A stretch of DNA of 64,000 bases from Podarcis cretensis. Its lineage: Eukaryota. The stretch covers positions 15,562,001 through 15,626,000 of the forward strand of contig OX638153.1 of NCBI GenBank assembly GCA_951804945.1, written 5' to 3'. The translations under genes and the position numbers were made by a program. Under the pieces are notes generated by a model. It was not told the origin of the DNA, ran no database searches, and saw only the letters and a program-made list of their open reading frames with translations. Position 1 is the first letter of the stretch. Every line of letters begins with the position of its first letter. Positions 51,335-64,000 of the stretch are shown here, piece by piece.

Positions 51335-52809
51335 TAAGTCTTAAACCTTTTCCATGTTTAATTCATTCGCAAAGTTAAATGTGGAGCTTGTGGGAACCTC
51401 TCACAGTACATCTTTCTCTTCAAATTCTAGGTGAGTTCTTAAACTCACCTTCCAATAACTCTGACCTTGCAGAATTGCATTATGCCTTCAGTTCAGTGTG
51501 CCAAAAAGCATATCTTAAAGCAGGATAGGAAAATAGCCAGCTTAGCTTTCCACTAAAAGAAATTGCCTAAGTCCTGAGTGAATGGGCACAATGATCAAAA
51601 TTCACAATTGAGAAAGGCAGGGTTGGGTAGGTTGGATCTAATAAGGTTGGATTGGGCCATGGCCAAAAGGAAGGAACAGCATGAAATTCCCCTCCATAAT
51701 AATTGTGGGGGAAAAGATGCTCTGAGGATAAAACACTACACTCCAAAACTCCATGGAATAATGATGGATAGATAACTGGATATGGTAAAGACTACCAACT
51801 ACCAACTCCATGAGCAGCTTATCTAGAAAGTTACGCTTTTGAATGCACCCTTAGGGCCTTAATAGCATTAGAACTGGACATGAATCCTTTTCTTTTTTTA
51901 AAGGAAAGAGATTCTCTTTCAAATCAGTCAGATGGACTGTAGCAACAGAAATGAAAAGCCAGTCCCAATAAAATATTGGAATACTTTAGGGAAATGCTGC
52001 AGATCTCCCCAGCCAAGGTGCGACAGTCTTGAAGTCCATGCTGCCAGTGCCATGCATGTTACTTCTCCAATAAACCAGTCTTGTGCAATGGGCCTTAACT
52101 TGACTCAAAAAAATGCTTGTTCAGCATTGGAAACCTCTGTACTGAGTCAGACCATAGGTCCATCTAACCCATTATTGATGGAACTGACTGGCAATGGCTC
52201 CAGGGTTTCAAATAGGAGTCTTTCCCAGCCTGTCTGGAGATTCCAGGGACTGAACCTGTTACCTTTTGCTTGCAAAGCATGTATCCTACCACTCGGCTAC
52301 AAGCACAGGGACAGCAAAGCCCATGTTCCTTGTTTATTTGATACGGGTGGAACTTAATTTTCAGGAGCAACTGCTCTTTATTTCATATCCCCCCCTGACC
52401 TTTGTCTGCTTCTGAGAGAACATGAATTGATAGCCTTTCTGGCTATCATTCTGATTCATTTTCTGTTTCACAGTAAACTTTTGTGGGGCTAGTGGGGGCT
52501 TGAGAATAAGAGAACAGATGTGGCCTCAGGGTAAAGCTAATCATATCCATTATTTTGTCACTCTGAAACATCAATCCATTGATTGTTGGGTACAGTTTTG
52601 TTTCTATTTGCATGCTGAATATAAGACAGCTGGCCTTTATTTCCATCTGTAGGACTGAAAGGCAGAGTTGCAGTTTGGTACTTCTGATGGTTTGGTGCAA
52701 TGCTGTAGTCAGGTGGAGTACATGGAGGTTATACATTCTGAGTATTGCAACAACTGTATCAGGTTAGGCTGAGTGAGTGTGACTAGTTCAAGATCACCCT
52801 GTGAGGAGA

Positions 52810-53305
52810 ATATTTTATTTGTGATTTTCAGTTATATAGTTTTACAGTCATTTTAACATTTCAAAACTCGACTTCCTTCCTCCTCTTTCTGCGGTTCCTT
52901 AAATTTATATTTATCATTTCCTGCATATTCTAAATTAACTTATTCTTTTATTCATCTACTTTAATTATTTATTGTTCATCTACTTTAATTATTTACTGTT
53001 ATGAAACTGCAAGTTTTTACAATAATCCTGCCAATGTCTTAATCTGTTTATAGTTTGTAAATACTCAGTAAACCACTTCCATTTCTTTCTAAAAAGTTTG
53101 TTGTCTTGATTTCTTACTCTTCTGGTAAATTTTGCCATTTCTGCATAATCCATGAGTTTTTGTATCCAATCTTCTTTCATCGGGACTTCTTCTTCCTTCC
53201 ATTTTTGGGCAAATGACATTCTTGCCGCTGCAGTCACATACATGAATAAATTTCTATACTGTTTAGGTATTTCTACCCCTATAATATCATTTGTTCCCTC
53301 CAAAA
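52810..53305 (-). mobile_element. L1-clade LINE 3' fragment
   Basis: ORF 52989-53303 AARMSFAQKWK...FRKKWKWFTEYL resembles L1 ORF2 C-terminus. Confidence 0.75.
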
Positions 53306-55696
53306 TGTTTGAATAAAATTGTGTTAGAGTACAAGGAGGCCATTAATTACTTATTATGTTCCAGGCATTCTAATATACTTTTGTAGATCATATTTTGTTG
53401 AAGCACTTGTTCATTCAGAGTCTGATTGGAGTGGAGTTTTCCATTTATTGACTATAGTGGAGGTTTTTTCCTTGCATGGAAAAACAGTTTTGACACAGTC
53501 TTTTTGGGTTTTGTTTTCCTGTCTTGCACATGTGTATGTTGGGAGAGTTCCATGCTGCGTCAGTCAGTGGGATTATTATTACAGTGACCTCACAGATAAG
53601 TCTGCAAAAGCAACTACCCAACCCTACTCTGTCTGTATTTACTTTTTGAAGCCCACAAGGCAAAAGAACCAACTCTCATGAATCTTTGCTGTTCGGGGTT
53701 GCTTGAAGGTGATCATTATCTTACCTTATGTTCCAGGGACTACTTACTAGTCTGTGTCACAAGGGGCAGCTTACTTTCACCCTAAGAATGAAAGTTACTC
53801 AAGATAAGTGGGCTTTGGATTGCAGTCTTAATGTTTGCTGCTGGTGGTTGGCTGTATTTGATTGCCAGCGCTTAATCATCATCAGTGTCGGAGCCAGCGA
53901 CAAATCTTTCTACCTAGCCTGTGTGCCCCAAATACATACAGAATGAAGCAGGGCCTGGTTATGCTCCATTGATGACAGATACAAGTATTCAACCGTTTGA
54001 GATTTCTAGGTACGGTACTGTGATTTTCATAAAAGTGTGGTAGGAATAGTAAGAAGCTCCTCTGCAGACTGTTTCAGACTGTTTCAGACTGGATCCACAC
54101 ATACATAGAGATCTGGTGGAGTAATCAGATCTTGGTTGGTTTCTCTGGTGGGTGCACTGCTGACTGCCTTGGATTTATGTAATGTAATGTTGACCTGTCC
54201 CCGCCCCATCCAGATAAATGGAAGCAGCGTTCTTGAAGCATGATTAAGTTTGCACCCAATCCAGTTTTTCTAAATTGCATTCCCCCCCCCCCAAGAAACG
54301 GAATTTGTGATTATTCCATTTTAGAAAACATGCAAACTCAAAACACATTTAAAACAAAATCATTGACATTTAGGAAATCAAAGAAACATTTCTAGTTTAT
54401 ATGTAACAAGCAACTCGTGTTTTCCTCTTGGGAATAGAAATCTAATAATGATTTTCAGCGAGAGTTTGGGGGGGGGGATGACTAATGGAATAGAGAACTA
54501 CAAATTGAAATTATGCTGCTGCTTATTGCTTAATGCGAGAGTGGCCTATTTTAGGTACCCTGATTAGAGTTAATACTTATAATGTAAGCAGGACCCAGGC
54601 TTATGGCAGGGCTGATATACTTGCGCAGACAGAACATTTGTAGTAGCGTGGGACTGAATCCCACCCATAGCGCTTTGAAACTTAGAGTGTGTTTGCTCTC
54701 GAAACAGCAGCTTTACTTCAGCAACAAAGTATATAACAGGCAGGTGGCATCTCTCTTACTTTGTTGCACCCATTGAAGACTTCTTTTGCAACAAGCCTTG
54801 TAAACTTTTAATCCCTATCTACCATACAGTGTATATCTGTACTGGACTTGAAAGTGTCTTTATTGTTGATGCTTTCATTGCTAAATTGCTACAGAGTTTT
54901 AAAAATGGGAAGTGGTTCATAAACAAAATAAATTCAAATATCAACACGGGTTCTTCGCTGCCAGCGACATGAGATGTAAAATGGTGTGCCCATTTGGGCG
55001 GAATGGAAATGACATCATGCTCCTGTGGCGCATAGTGGCGGCAGAGGATTGATCACCTGCTTTTCTTTGCATGGATACTTGCAGTGGTTCTACACTGATT
55101 TCCCCCACCCCAACCTGCTCCATCCAGTGAGCAGATGTTCTGATGTTATTTCGACTTGGAAAGAGAAACTGAGCTTAGTTAACCATCATACAGGCAGGGT
55201 TATAATTATTCATTAAGCTCTTAAACTCGACAAATGCTATGCAAAGCATATTTGAAAAATACAAACAATCCTGCCTCAAGGCTAACAATAAAAAAAGCAA
55301 AGGTCATGTGTAAATAGCTTCTTAATTTAAGGACGCATATGTTTGAAGTGGCTGCTTATTTAATTTTCTGTCTTCAAATGAAGTTCTTGAATCAAACACG
55401 TTTGGGGTGAGGGAACCCTGACATATTCAGAAAAACCTCTGTGGAGTTGATGAGTGGGTGGGGGGAATGAAGTACATGACTAATAACTTGGTTTTCTTTT
55501 GATTTTGGAAAGGAAAAAGGAAAAACAGGTTGTAGGGATGTTCCATTAGTCATAATTAAATTTCAGTGTATTAATGGCAAACTGAAGGAACCAGATGAGA
55601 GGAGTCCAAAGGTCTGGTTCTACTCTTGAAGTGCTGTGACTCACACCAGTGGAGACGCAAGCCAAATGCAGAAGAGCTGCTCTTTTTTGCCATTTA

Positions 55697-55953
55697 CCAT
55701 ATTTTTCGCTCTATAAGATGCACAGACCACAAGACACACCTAGTTTTTGGAGGAGGAAAACAAGAAAAAAATATTCTGAATCTCAGAAGCCAGAACAGCA
55801 AGAGGGATTGCTGCACAGTGAAAGCAGCAATCCCTCTCGCTGTTCTGGCTTCTGGGATAGCTGCAGAGCCTGCATTCGCTCCATAAGATGCGCACACATT
55901 TCCACTTACTTTTTAGGAGGGAAAAAGTGAGTCTTATAGAGCAAAAAATACGG
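55697..55953. mobile_element. Tc1/mariner-type MITE, same family as 27784
   Basis: TA-flanked TIRs; high identity to the first copy. Confidence 0.85.
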
Positions 55954-56028
55954 TATGTATTGAAGTGCATTTAATATGTGATGGGTATTTTGTCTTTTTC
56001 AGGTACGATGGTGGATGATAGTAGAATA

Positions 56029-56270
56029 CAGTGGTACCTCAGGTTACATACACTTCAGGTTACATACGCTTCAGGTTACAGACTCCGCTAACCCAGAAAT
56101 AGTGCTTCAGGTTAAGCACTTTGCTTCAGGATGAGAACAGAAATCAGGCTCGGGCGGCGCGGCAGCAGCAGGAGGCCCCATTAGCTAAAATGGTGCTTCA
56201 GGTTAAGAACAGTTTCAGGTTAAGTACAGACCTCCAGAACGAATTAAGTACTTAACCTGAGGTACCACTG
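56029..56270. mobile_element. Tc1/mariner-type MITE with cttcaggtta subrepeats
   Basis: Perfect 18-bp TIR CAGTGGTACCTCAGGTTA; TA TSD. Confidence 0.9.
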
Positions 56271-57651
56271 TATAAAATTAATTAGGATAGACATTCTTGG
56301 GGTTGGACATTTGACTTGTCAAAAAAAAAATCTGGTTAAATAATGATCAAGGGTGGAATTTAGTGTTGCGCTACATTGACCATTCTGTCTGAGCAAGCAT
56401 ATCAGCTTGCCAGATGGAACAACCCCCCTCCCCTCTCCCTGTACGCTGTTGGGGGGGGGTGTCATGAGACACACATACACACACACCAAGCCAATTTTAG
56501 GTGGTGTAGAAGGGAAAACCCCTTTCTGTAAATAGAAGCCCTTGTGCAAAGTTAGTTAGGTGGCTCCAGCCCTAAGAATTAGTGCTATGAAGACAAACAG
56601 AATCATATGAGCTGGTTTGATACTTAGGCTAATTATTAAAAGTAACATCTGTGAAACAATGGCATTCATTTAAAAAAATAAACCCCCCGGCTTCAGAGGT
56701 CCCAGAAGGCAGCAGAGGTTTAGCACCAGAGTTTTCCTTCTCAGTTTGTCATTTCCATTAATTTCATCGGGTCTACTCTGAATAAAACCTAATTGAATAC
56801 CACCCATAGCTTCCTTCCCCACCCTTGATTTATCTCCAGAGCAGCACTGTGATGATTGACCCAATGCCGTCTAATGAAATGTTATGGCTGGGTGAGAATT
56901 TGAACCTTGGTGTATCCGTTTCTAATCTGACATTCCCCTGGGCCTTTGATGCTGATGACTGCTTGTGTTCCAGATTTTGCCATGGGAGAAGGTTTGTTAG
57001 TCTGCTAGGCTTGCACCTGAATGATAGGGTTAGGGTGATCTGCCCTCACTCCTGCTCCACTTAACAAATAACACCATAATGAAAATTTTAAAAGTAAACT
57101 GCAATCTACACAATGACATTCTTGGAACAATGCTTGGCTGCTCAGTTGACTGGCTGCCAACCCTAGCTTTGCCAGTCTTATATTATTCACTCTGCAATAC
57201 TGTAAGTGCTTCTGTCCTGCTATAGAAAATGAGATGGGGAGCAAAATATAACCTTACATTCTCAACCGAGAATTATATGCTAAATTTGAGCTCCTCTAAA
57301 ACCAGAGTCTTCAAAGATGGAGGGTATTAAAAAGAAGCTTGCATTCCCCTTATGAGTTTCTCCCTTTCACTTTAGTTTTTGTATGCCTTGCTTTGAAACC
57401 ATAGGTAGGTAAACTGATTCAGCAACCACATTATGAACAGGTCTCATGATGCACAGGCTCTGTAAGGAATCCGATCTCATGGACTACTTAGCAACTTGCA
57501 GTGACCGACTCTTTTAAAATAAAGAAAAAACAGAGCAAGATTATTTTGACACAGGAATGCTTTCAGACTCAACACTTTCCATGGCTAACAACTTAACTTT
57601 CAATGTTCTTCCCCTCCTTCCCCACTTTCCCAGTTATTCTTATACATATAT

Positions 57652-57933
57652 AGAAACATAGAATTGTAGTGTTGGAAGGGACCCCAAGGATCATCTACGT
57701 CAGGCATCTCCAAACTCAGCCCTCCAGATGTTTTGGGACTACAACTCACATCACCTCTAGCTAACAGGACCAGTGGTCAGGGATGATGGGAACTGTAGTC
57801 CCAAAACATCTGGAGGGCCGAGTTTGGGGATGCCTGATCTAGGTCAACCCCTACAATGCAGGAATATGTAGCTGTCCCATGCGGAATTCGAACCTGCAAT
57901 CTTGGTGTTATCAGCACTATGCACTAACCGACT
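57652..57933 (-). mobile_element. tRNA-Ile/CR1-tail SINE interrupted by a hairpin hAT MITE (57701-57836)
   Basis: Homologous to 23562-23714; MITE TSD atctacgt/atctaggt. Confidence 0.75.
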
Positions 57934-57988
57934 ATACAATGTGACCTTGCTGATGGTCCGTAACAGGGCACATTAGCGGAGTAGTAAG

Positions 57989-58115
57989 CAGTGGCGTAGC
58001 ATGGGGGGGGTGCAGGGGGGGCTGGCCGCACCGGGCGCAACATCTGGGGGTTAGGGTTAGGGGGCGCAAATTACTTGCCTTGCCCCGGGTGCTGACAACC
58101 CACGCTACGCCGCTG
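57989..58115. mobile_element. Short G-rich hAT-type MITE
   Basis: TIR CAGTGGCGTAGC / GCTACGCCGCTG; perfect 8-bp TSD gtagtaag. Confidence 0.85.
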
Positions 58116-61100
58116 GTAGTAAGAAGGATAAGTGGTTCTTACATAAGAAAAATATTCTTCTAAATTTTTTTTCCACCAGCAATGTTGTGTGTCAGTTACT
58201 GTCAATTTCAGCTTTTAAAAGAAAAGCAAATTTAAAATTCAACATTAGCATTGCCCTAGCTTGGAAATGATGATTTTTCTTCCTCTTTTTTTTTTTTTTT
58301 TTTTGAATCAAAATAGCCTCTCTTTTATGTTGTAGCAGAACTTGCCATTTTGAGAAGAACTAAGGCAGCACTGTCTATTTTTGGTACCCTTTCATATGTG
58401 TGGCTTTTGGCATAAGACTTTGTGGCTGAGGATAAATACTCCTTGAGCAGATGTGATATAATTGGTTGAGACTTGTGTTTGGGAATGCTTTATTTTTAAC
58501 TTCCCCCTTTTGGCCATTTAGAAAATTTTACGCTTCTGGGCAGAGTTCCTAAGTTTAACTTCCTAATTTCTGAGGCAGTTGTACATTGATATAACTACAA
58601 CATGTTTTATGGAAAGAGGAAGCTCTGCTGTATACCCCTACAGGGTACCAGGTTAAAATGGACCTGGTCCATCCTCAAAATTTGTACAGGCCGGTTTCCA
58701 TTTTACTCTTTTTTATGTCTTCACCCTTTTCAATCTGTTGGTGAGGTGATTGCATGGAAATCTTGGACTCTTCCTCACTTCCAATCCCCAGTGTTTCTAT
58801 GTGGCCTTCAAAGGGTGGTAACACTAGCTTAATGCTGGGAGTTTGCAAACTGTTCTCTCTATATATTTACAGTCACCGCATGAAGCATTTGAACAGCTGT
58901 TGCGAGGTTATTACAAGACTTTTCATCTTTCTGCTTTTCAATGAGGCCAGCAGGGCAGGCAAGATAAAGTTTTTAATAAACTACAAGGGGGCATAGTTCC
59001 TATTTCTTTTTGCCACCTCTCATAAAAAATAATTGTGATATTGGATTGTAGTATTTGCATCCACACTTAAACCCCCTTTGTGTCTCTTGCCTTGAATTCC
59101 TAATCCTCTGGTTCCATTGGGCAATCATAATTTATTTTAAGGCTCAGAATTGTGTTGTATTTCAATCCAGAGTGACGAAGGCCTGTCTGAATGTTATAAA
59201 TGCACCATAGTTGGCCACAGTGCAGTGATTAACAAGCTTTAGGCTTTCCTTGCTTTCTCAATCCATTTTTAATCATTTAAACCTATTATTTTGGTGTTAA
59301 GTTCAAAAGCTCTTTAAACCTTATACAGTATTGATTGCAGCTTATAATCTTGTTGTCCAAATGCATGATAAGAGTGAGCCTGCTTGATAGAATGGGCAGT
59401 TTCAAAACTTTAGCTATACAGAAATAATTATATGTTATAAAACGCAACTACATAAAGCAATACTGATATTTTAGGCCACATAATGTGGTTAATAAAAGGA
59501 AGTGAATATCTCAGGAATGGGGTGAAGGGCTAGTGACTAGTAAGATGTATATGTAACAAGAAGCTGTATTGTAATTTACATTGAATTCTTTAATTGTGAA
59601 GTCAATGGCTCTTTCAGACTTCCACTGACTTGATAAAAGGCTGAGTTATGTCCAACTCAGACGCTATTAATGAAATAGCTCTTTGGAAAACATTTATTTA
59701 TTTTAAAAAAGCAGTTGAAATGATGGCTCATTGAGTACAAGATATTGATATTTGTACCTGAAGGAACTCCTTTAGTGCCAGGACTGCCACAGGGCAAATT
59801 TGATTAGTAGCAGAATTACACTGGCTCCATTTAAATTTTATTTATTTGTTAAATTTGTATACCGGCTGCCCTCCTTCCACAGATCTCAGGGTGGCTCACA
59901 ACCTAAAAATACAATTGAGATGCTGTCAGAAATTGTCATTCTGTGCTGAGTTCTCCAGCATAACTAGGAAGATTGCTCATCACATGTTGTAACATCCTCC
60001 CATTGTGGATTTTCTCATGCAGCATCATTAATTGCCCCTGGCAAGGGCAGGAAAGCACATAACACAATGATGCCACAAAACAAAGTAACTGATCCTAAAT
60101 GCTATGGGAAAGAAAATGGAGATACTGTATTGACTACATCATTGTGTTGCATGCAGTATATATTTCTGCCTTTGTTTGAGTTTAAATTATCATCATTCAG
60201 CTGAAACTCCGTACACTTAACCCCAAAGAAAAGTTACACTCAACAATTGGATAAATGTTCCTATGGCGGCCAGAGCAAACGCTGCTGCTTGGTCAGCAAC
60301 CATGTCACTGCACACAGAAATTGCTAGATGCTATGCAGCTTGCCCTGTGATCTGGCTCCATGCCATCTCAGTAGCATACGGACGCTTGAATTATATTATA
60401 TGAATTAGTTGGGATTGCCTTGATAACATCAGAACTACTCACAACGTCACCATTCGTTTCTAGTGTGGATTGTAACGACTTGAGCTTTCATAACTTGTTG
60501 AAATGTGATGGGGCTGGGCTGTTTTTTAACAGCTTTGTTTTGTTGTGTATCATAATTATGGATTTTTTTTAAAAAAATCTTTTGATGGAATTGCTTTATT
60601 GTATATCTTAATTACGTGTGGATCTTTTATAATTGATTTTATACTTGTAAACTGCTTAGAAGTCACTTTGACATGTAATCAATCAATCAATCAATCAGAG
60701 ATGTGTGTTTTGCAGCTGCTATTATATCTCTGACATATTGCATGACTTGCTATTGGGTGCTATTTACAAACAAAACTAGTTGATTAGAACGTTCAGCCTT
60801 GTTAGCAATAAGTTAATGGATATGATGTTCTCATTTTTTGTTAAATTCTCCTTTTTTGGCTGTCTAAACTATCCTTGGTATGCCTTGGGCTTTGGGCCTG
60901 TTGGGATTTCATTAATAGCGTCTGAGTTGGACATAACTCAGGCTTTATTTTCTAATATCCACATTTTATGTTTACCAAGGGATGGGCTTAATATGATTTA
61001 GCTTGCTTCTAATTGTACTATGTATCTAAGCTATTTCCTCCATTAAAAGTCTTATCTTCCAAATGCTAACTTCAGTCAAGGATCATTAGTTTCCAAAGTG

Positions 61101-62114
61101 TCTCTTAAGTGCTTGGAAAGGAGCTGAAGTACCATAATATTTCATTTGGCTACAGCTGCTTGCTTATAATTTGCTCATTGTCCAGCTTAGAATCTTGAAG
61201 TTTCTAACAGTCATGCATGATCATTCTGAAATGAGAAAAAAGAAAGTGTTTGTTATGACTGCTTTAGTGTAAAGTAGTTAAGATCTGAGGGGCACCTTAT
61301 ACATCAAAATGGAATTGGTTCAGAAATAAATACTCAAAATGAGCATTGAAAATGTCCATTAATTGTTAATGACCTGAACTGATTTTTTTAAAGTCTGGAA
61401 GCTATGTTCATGGAGCCAGTAGGATATAATGACTAATAGGTTGGATAAGCCTAGTTTAAAAGCTGCTTATCTGTGAATGTGAGCCTTGGATCAGAGGATA
61501 GTAAGTTAAACAGTTTCACTGGAAGGCAGGGAAAATGAAGGATGTATTTCATAAGTAGGTGGCTACCATAAAACTTAAAATTGCTTAGCCAGTTAAAAGG
61601 ATTCATATACACCTTGTTTTTCAAATGCACACACATCCATTTATTGGAAACCAAATTTCCAATAAGTTTTGTGTGTGGGTGGGTGAGTGATGAGTATTGG
61701 GCCAAAGTTGGCTGTTGTTCTGGAAACTTGACCTTCAATTTAGCTTCAAGCTCTGTACCCTTTTGGTGGTGTATGTGGTTTGCTATATATTGCACTCTGA
61801 TGCCACAGTGCTGCAAAGGGAATACTTACAGACACGGGAACACACCCAGGTTCAGAAAATGGGTCATTACCGTAAATCACTCTAGTAGGCTACTGCACAA
61901 AGGAAAAACCTCTTACTATTCAGCAGCTAGCGAACCTGTTGGAACTTGTACATGCTTTGTACTTGCAAAAGATGCAACTGCTGTCTTTAGCAGCTACTTA
62001 CCTTTTAGAAAATGGGATGCTCTGCGGTCTCTCACTGTTTTCAAAAATTTGTGCCATACTCACCCAGGTCAGGTGATCGGTGAAGCGTCAGCCTTTTCTA
62101 GACCACCAATATTG

Positions 62115-62900
62115 TGACAAGGGAGGACTGCGAGAAATTTGAGAAACATACAAGTATACTGAGGGGAGAATATTTGAAGGAGATTGGAGAACTCTTTGAC
62201 TTAAAGGAGGGCACCCACCAATCTCAGCTATTGAAGGAGCAGTCACTGAACCCAGAGCATTTGCAACAGATTTGTGGTTCGGTATCCCCTCTTTGTTGGA
62301 GAGTTTGCTCTACCCTTGGTACCTATCTTCATATGTGGTGAGAGTGCCAGGTTGTTAGTAAGTTTTGGGGTGATGTTTCCTACACAATTTCAAACTTTTT
62401 AAATTTCACAGTGGTTGAAGATGCTGAGTTGCCTTTACTGCCACTCTTTAAGGGAATTAATAAAAAACATACTATTCAAACCATTGATGGTTCTCCACCT
62501 CGTGGCTGTTCTTATGGAGCTTAATTTTCTGTGGAAGAGAGATTGTCAATTAATTAGGCAAAATTGGCTTGGTAGAGTCTGGAAAACAGTGCTTGCTGAA
62601 AAACTAACACAGCATTGCTGAGTGGTTAGAGATGAAATTGAAAGAGACAGTTTTGATGACAATTTCCTTTTCTTGATGAACTCTTCTGCAGGGAACCCCA
62701 ACCACTTGCTGCTCAGCATTTTTGTGGCGGGGGGGGGGGAGGTTATTTGTATTGACATGTGTTTTATGGGGGAGGGGAGCCACCTTATTTCTTTTTGACA
62801 ATTGATCTTTGTTGGTGGTTTATGCTGGTGCAGTTTGGTTGCAAGCCTTATGGACTTTTTACTTCTGCTTGTTTTGTTTGTACTTCCTTAGCATGCGAAG
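62115..62900 (+). mobile_element. Old L1-clade LINE fragment
   Basis: CWRVCSTLGTYLHMW*ECQVVSKFW resembles the L1 ORF2 CCHC knuckle. Confidence 0.6.
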
Positions 62901-63561
62901 GAGGGAAATGGCATTATGTTATGGAGGATGCATAGAGACTTCTTATCCTTCTCAGAATTTGTACATCCAAACTGTAGTGCCTTCCTTCTTGAAGAGTAGC
63001 CCCCATTCATAGTACACACTGGCAAGAAGAAAAATATATATGTGAAAGACTGAATAATCTAAGCCCCTTCTTTATTTTGTAAAATGAGCACTTTACATGA
63101 CATGGATCCATGAATTAGAAGTCCAAATGTATTAAATGTTTTTTGTCTGTCTTAAAAGTAGAGGCTTAGATAGAGACAGAAAAAATGTGCCTACGTAGAT
63201 GTTGCTGTGAAAGAAAAGAAAAAAAGAAGTATCATGATACGATTTTCCAGGTGGATGAGAAAGTCTCTCTCCCATAGGTGTACATTTTCTGTTTTTTTCT
63301 TAAAATCATATTCTGTTAATTTTTTTATGCTGCTTTGCAACTGTTTTAAAGCTGTTTTTATTAAATTTTGTACATCACATATGTGGAAGCAGGTTAATAA
63401 ACAATACTAGTAATGTTGGTTATTGATATTATACACTTACGTTAGAGTGTCCAGTATATAATAAAGAAGTCAGTCATATTTTCACTTCCAGGCTCTAAAA
63501 TTGAAAATGGATTTGAGTAAATTTCTGATTTCAGTAACTCTCTTCCCCTCTTTATTTTCAG

Positions 63562-63615
63562 ATATGGGTTGAAACCAAATGACCAGATCTTGGCAGAGGA
63601 GAAACACAAAGAGCT
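63562..63615 (+). CDS. ADK: ADK exon 3, YGLKPNDQILAEEKHKE(L); gene continues beyond the window
   Basis: ttttcag| and |gtaaga; 54 nt, in frame with exon 2. Confidence 0.95.
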
Positions 63616-64000
63616 GTAAGATATTAAATAAGTTTTTTCTTAAAATTGTGGTTTTAGAAGTATATGCTCCTCCTTTTTTAGCTGGGAAAGTTGCTCTTTT
63701 AAAACTATTTCAGAAAGATGTGGTCATGGTGAAAACTGCTTTGCTCTCTTGGCTGCTGCAGTTGTATGTCTGAATGCTGTCGTGTGTGTGAGGGAGAGAG
63801 GGGGGGGAGATGTTATTGCTTTCTAAAAGATGACATTTGAAATGTGCTCACAGACAATGAGTTAGATAATGAATTAAGATCAAATCTGCAAGCTAATAAC
63901 TTCTGATGAAGAACTCTAAAACATTCTGGTTGGGAGGGCGGAAATATTGGATGACAGCAAGTTCCAGCAAAAACACACTAAGTGTACACAGCTTTTGCAA

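Noticed and set aside
59950-60112. Possible ancient palindromic element or structured RNA
   Set aside because: Only weak imperfect terminal complementarity; cannot be supported without alignment.
61581-62117. 178-aa ORF in an ADK intron
   Set aside because: No recognisable domain, non-ATG start and no exon signals; likely chance.

Overview
Vertebrate genomic DNA. The Sauria SINEs and reptile-type MITEs point to a squamate, probably a lacertid lizard. The window holds the conserved VCL-AP3M1-ADK block. (1) The 3' part of vinculin (+ strand, exons equivalent to human 15-22), including a 76-aa muscle-type metavinculin exon. (2) The complete AP3M1 gene (- strand, 8 coding exons, 1257 nt = 418 aa), tail-to-tail with VCL. 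(3) The 5' part of adenosine kinase (+ strand), head-to-head with AP3M1 at a CpG-island bidirectional promoter, with long- and short-isoform first exons and exons 2-3. Introns carry many SINEs, hAT and Tc1/mariner MITEs, and LINE fragments. Most ORFs in the supplied track are spurious. Three unexplained signals stand out: a dense array of 3'-splice-site-like modules around the metavinculin exon that could make tail-less vinculin or poison isoforms; an 80-bp TSD-flanked insertion that creates a candidate third ADK first exon; and three copies of one hAT element clustered around the bidirectional promoter. Exon numbers follow my recollection of the human genes, and repeat family names are by recognition, not database search.
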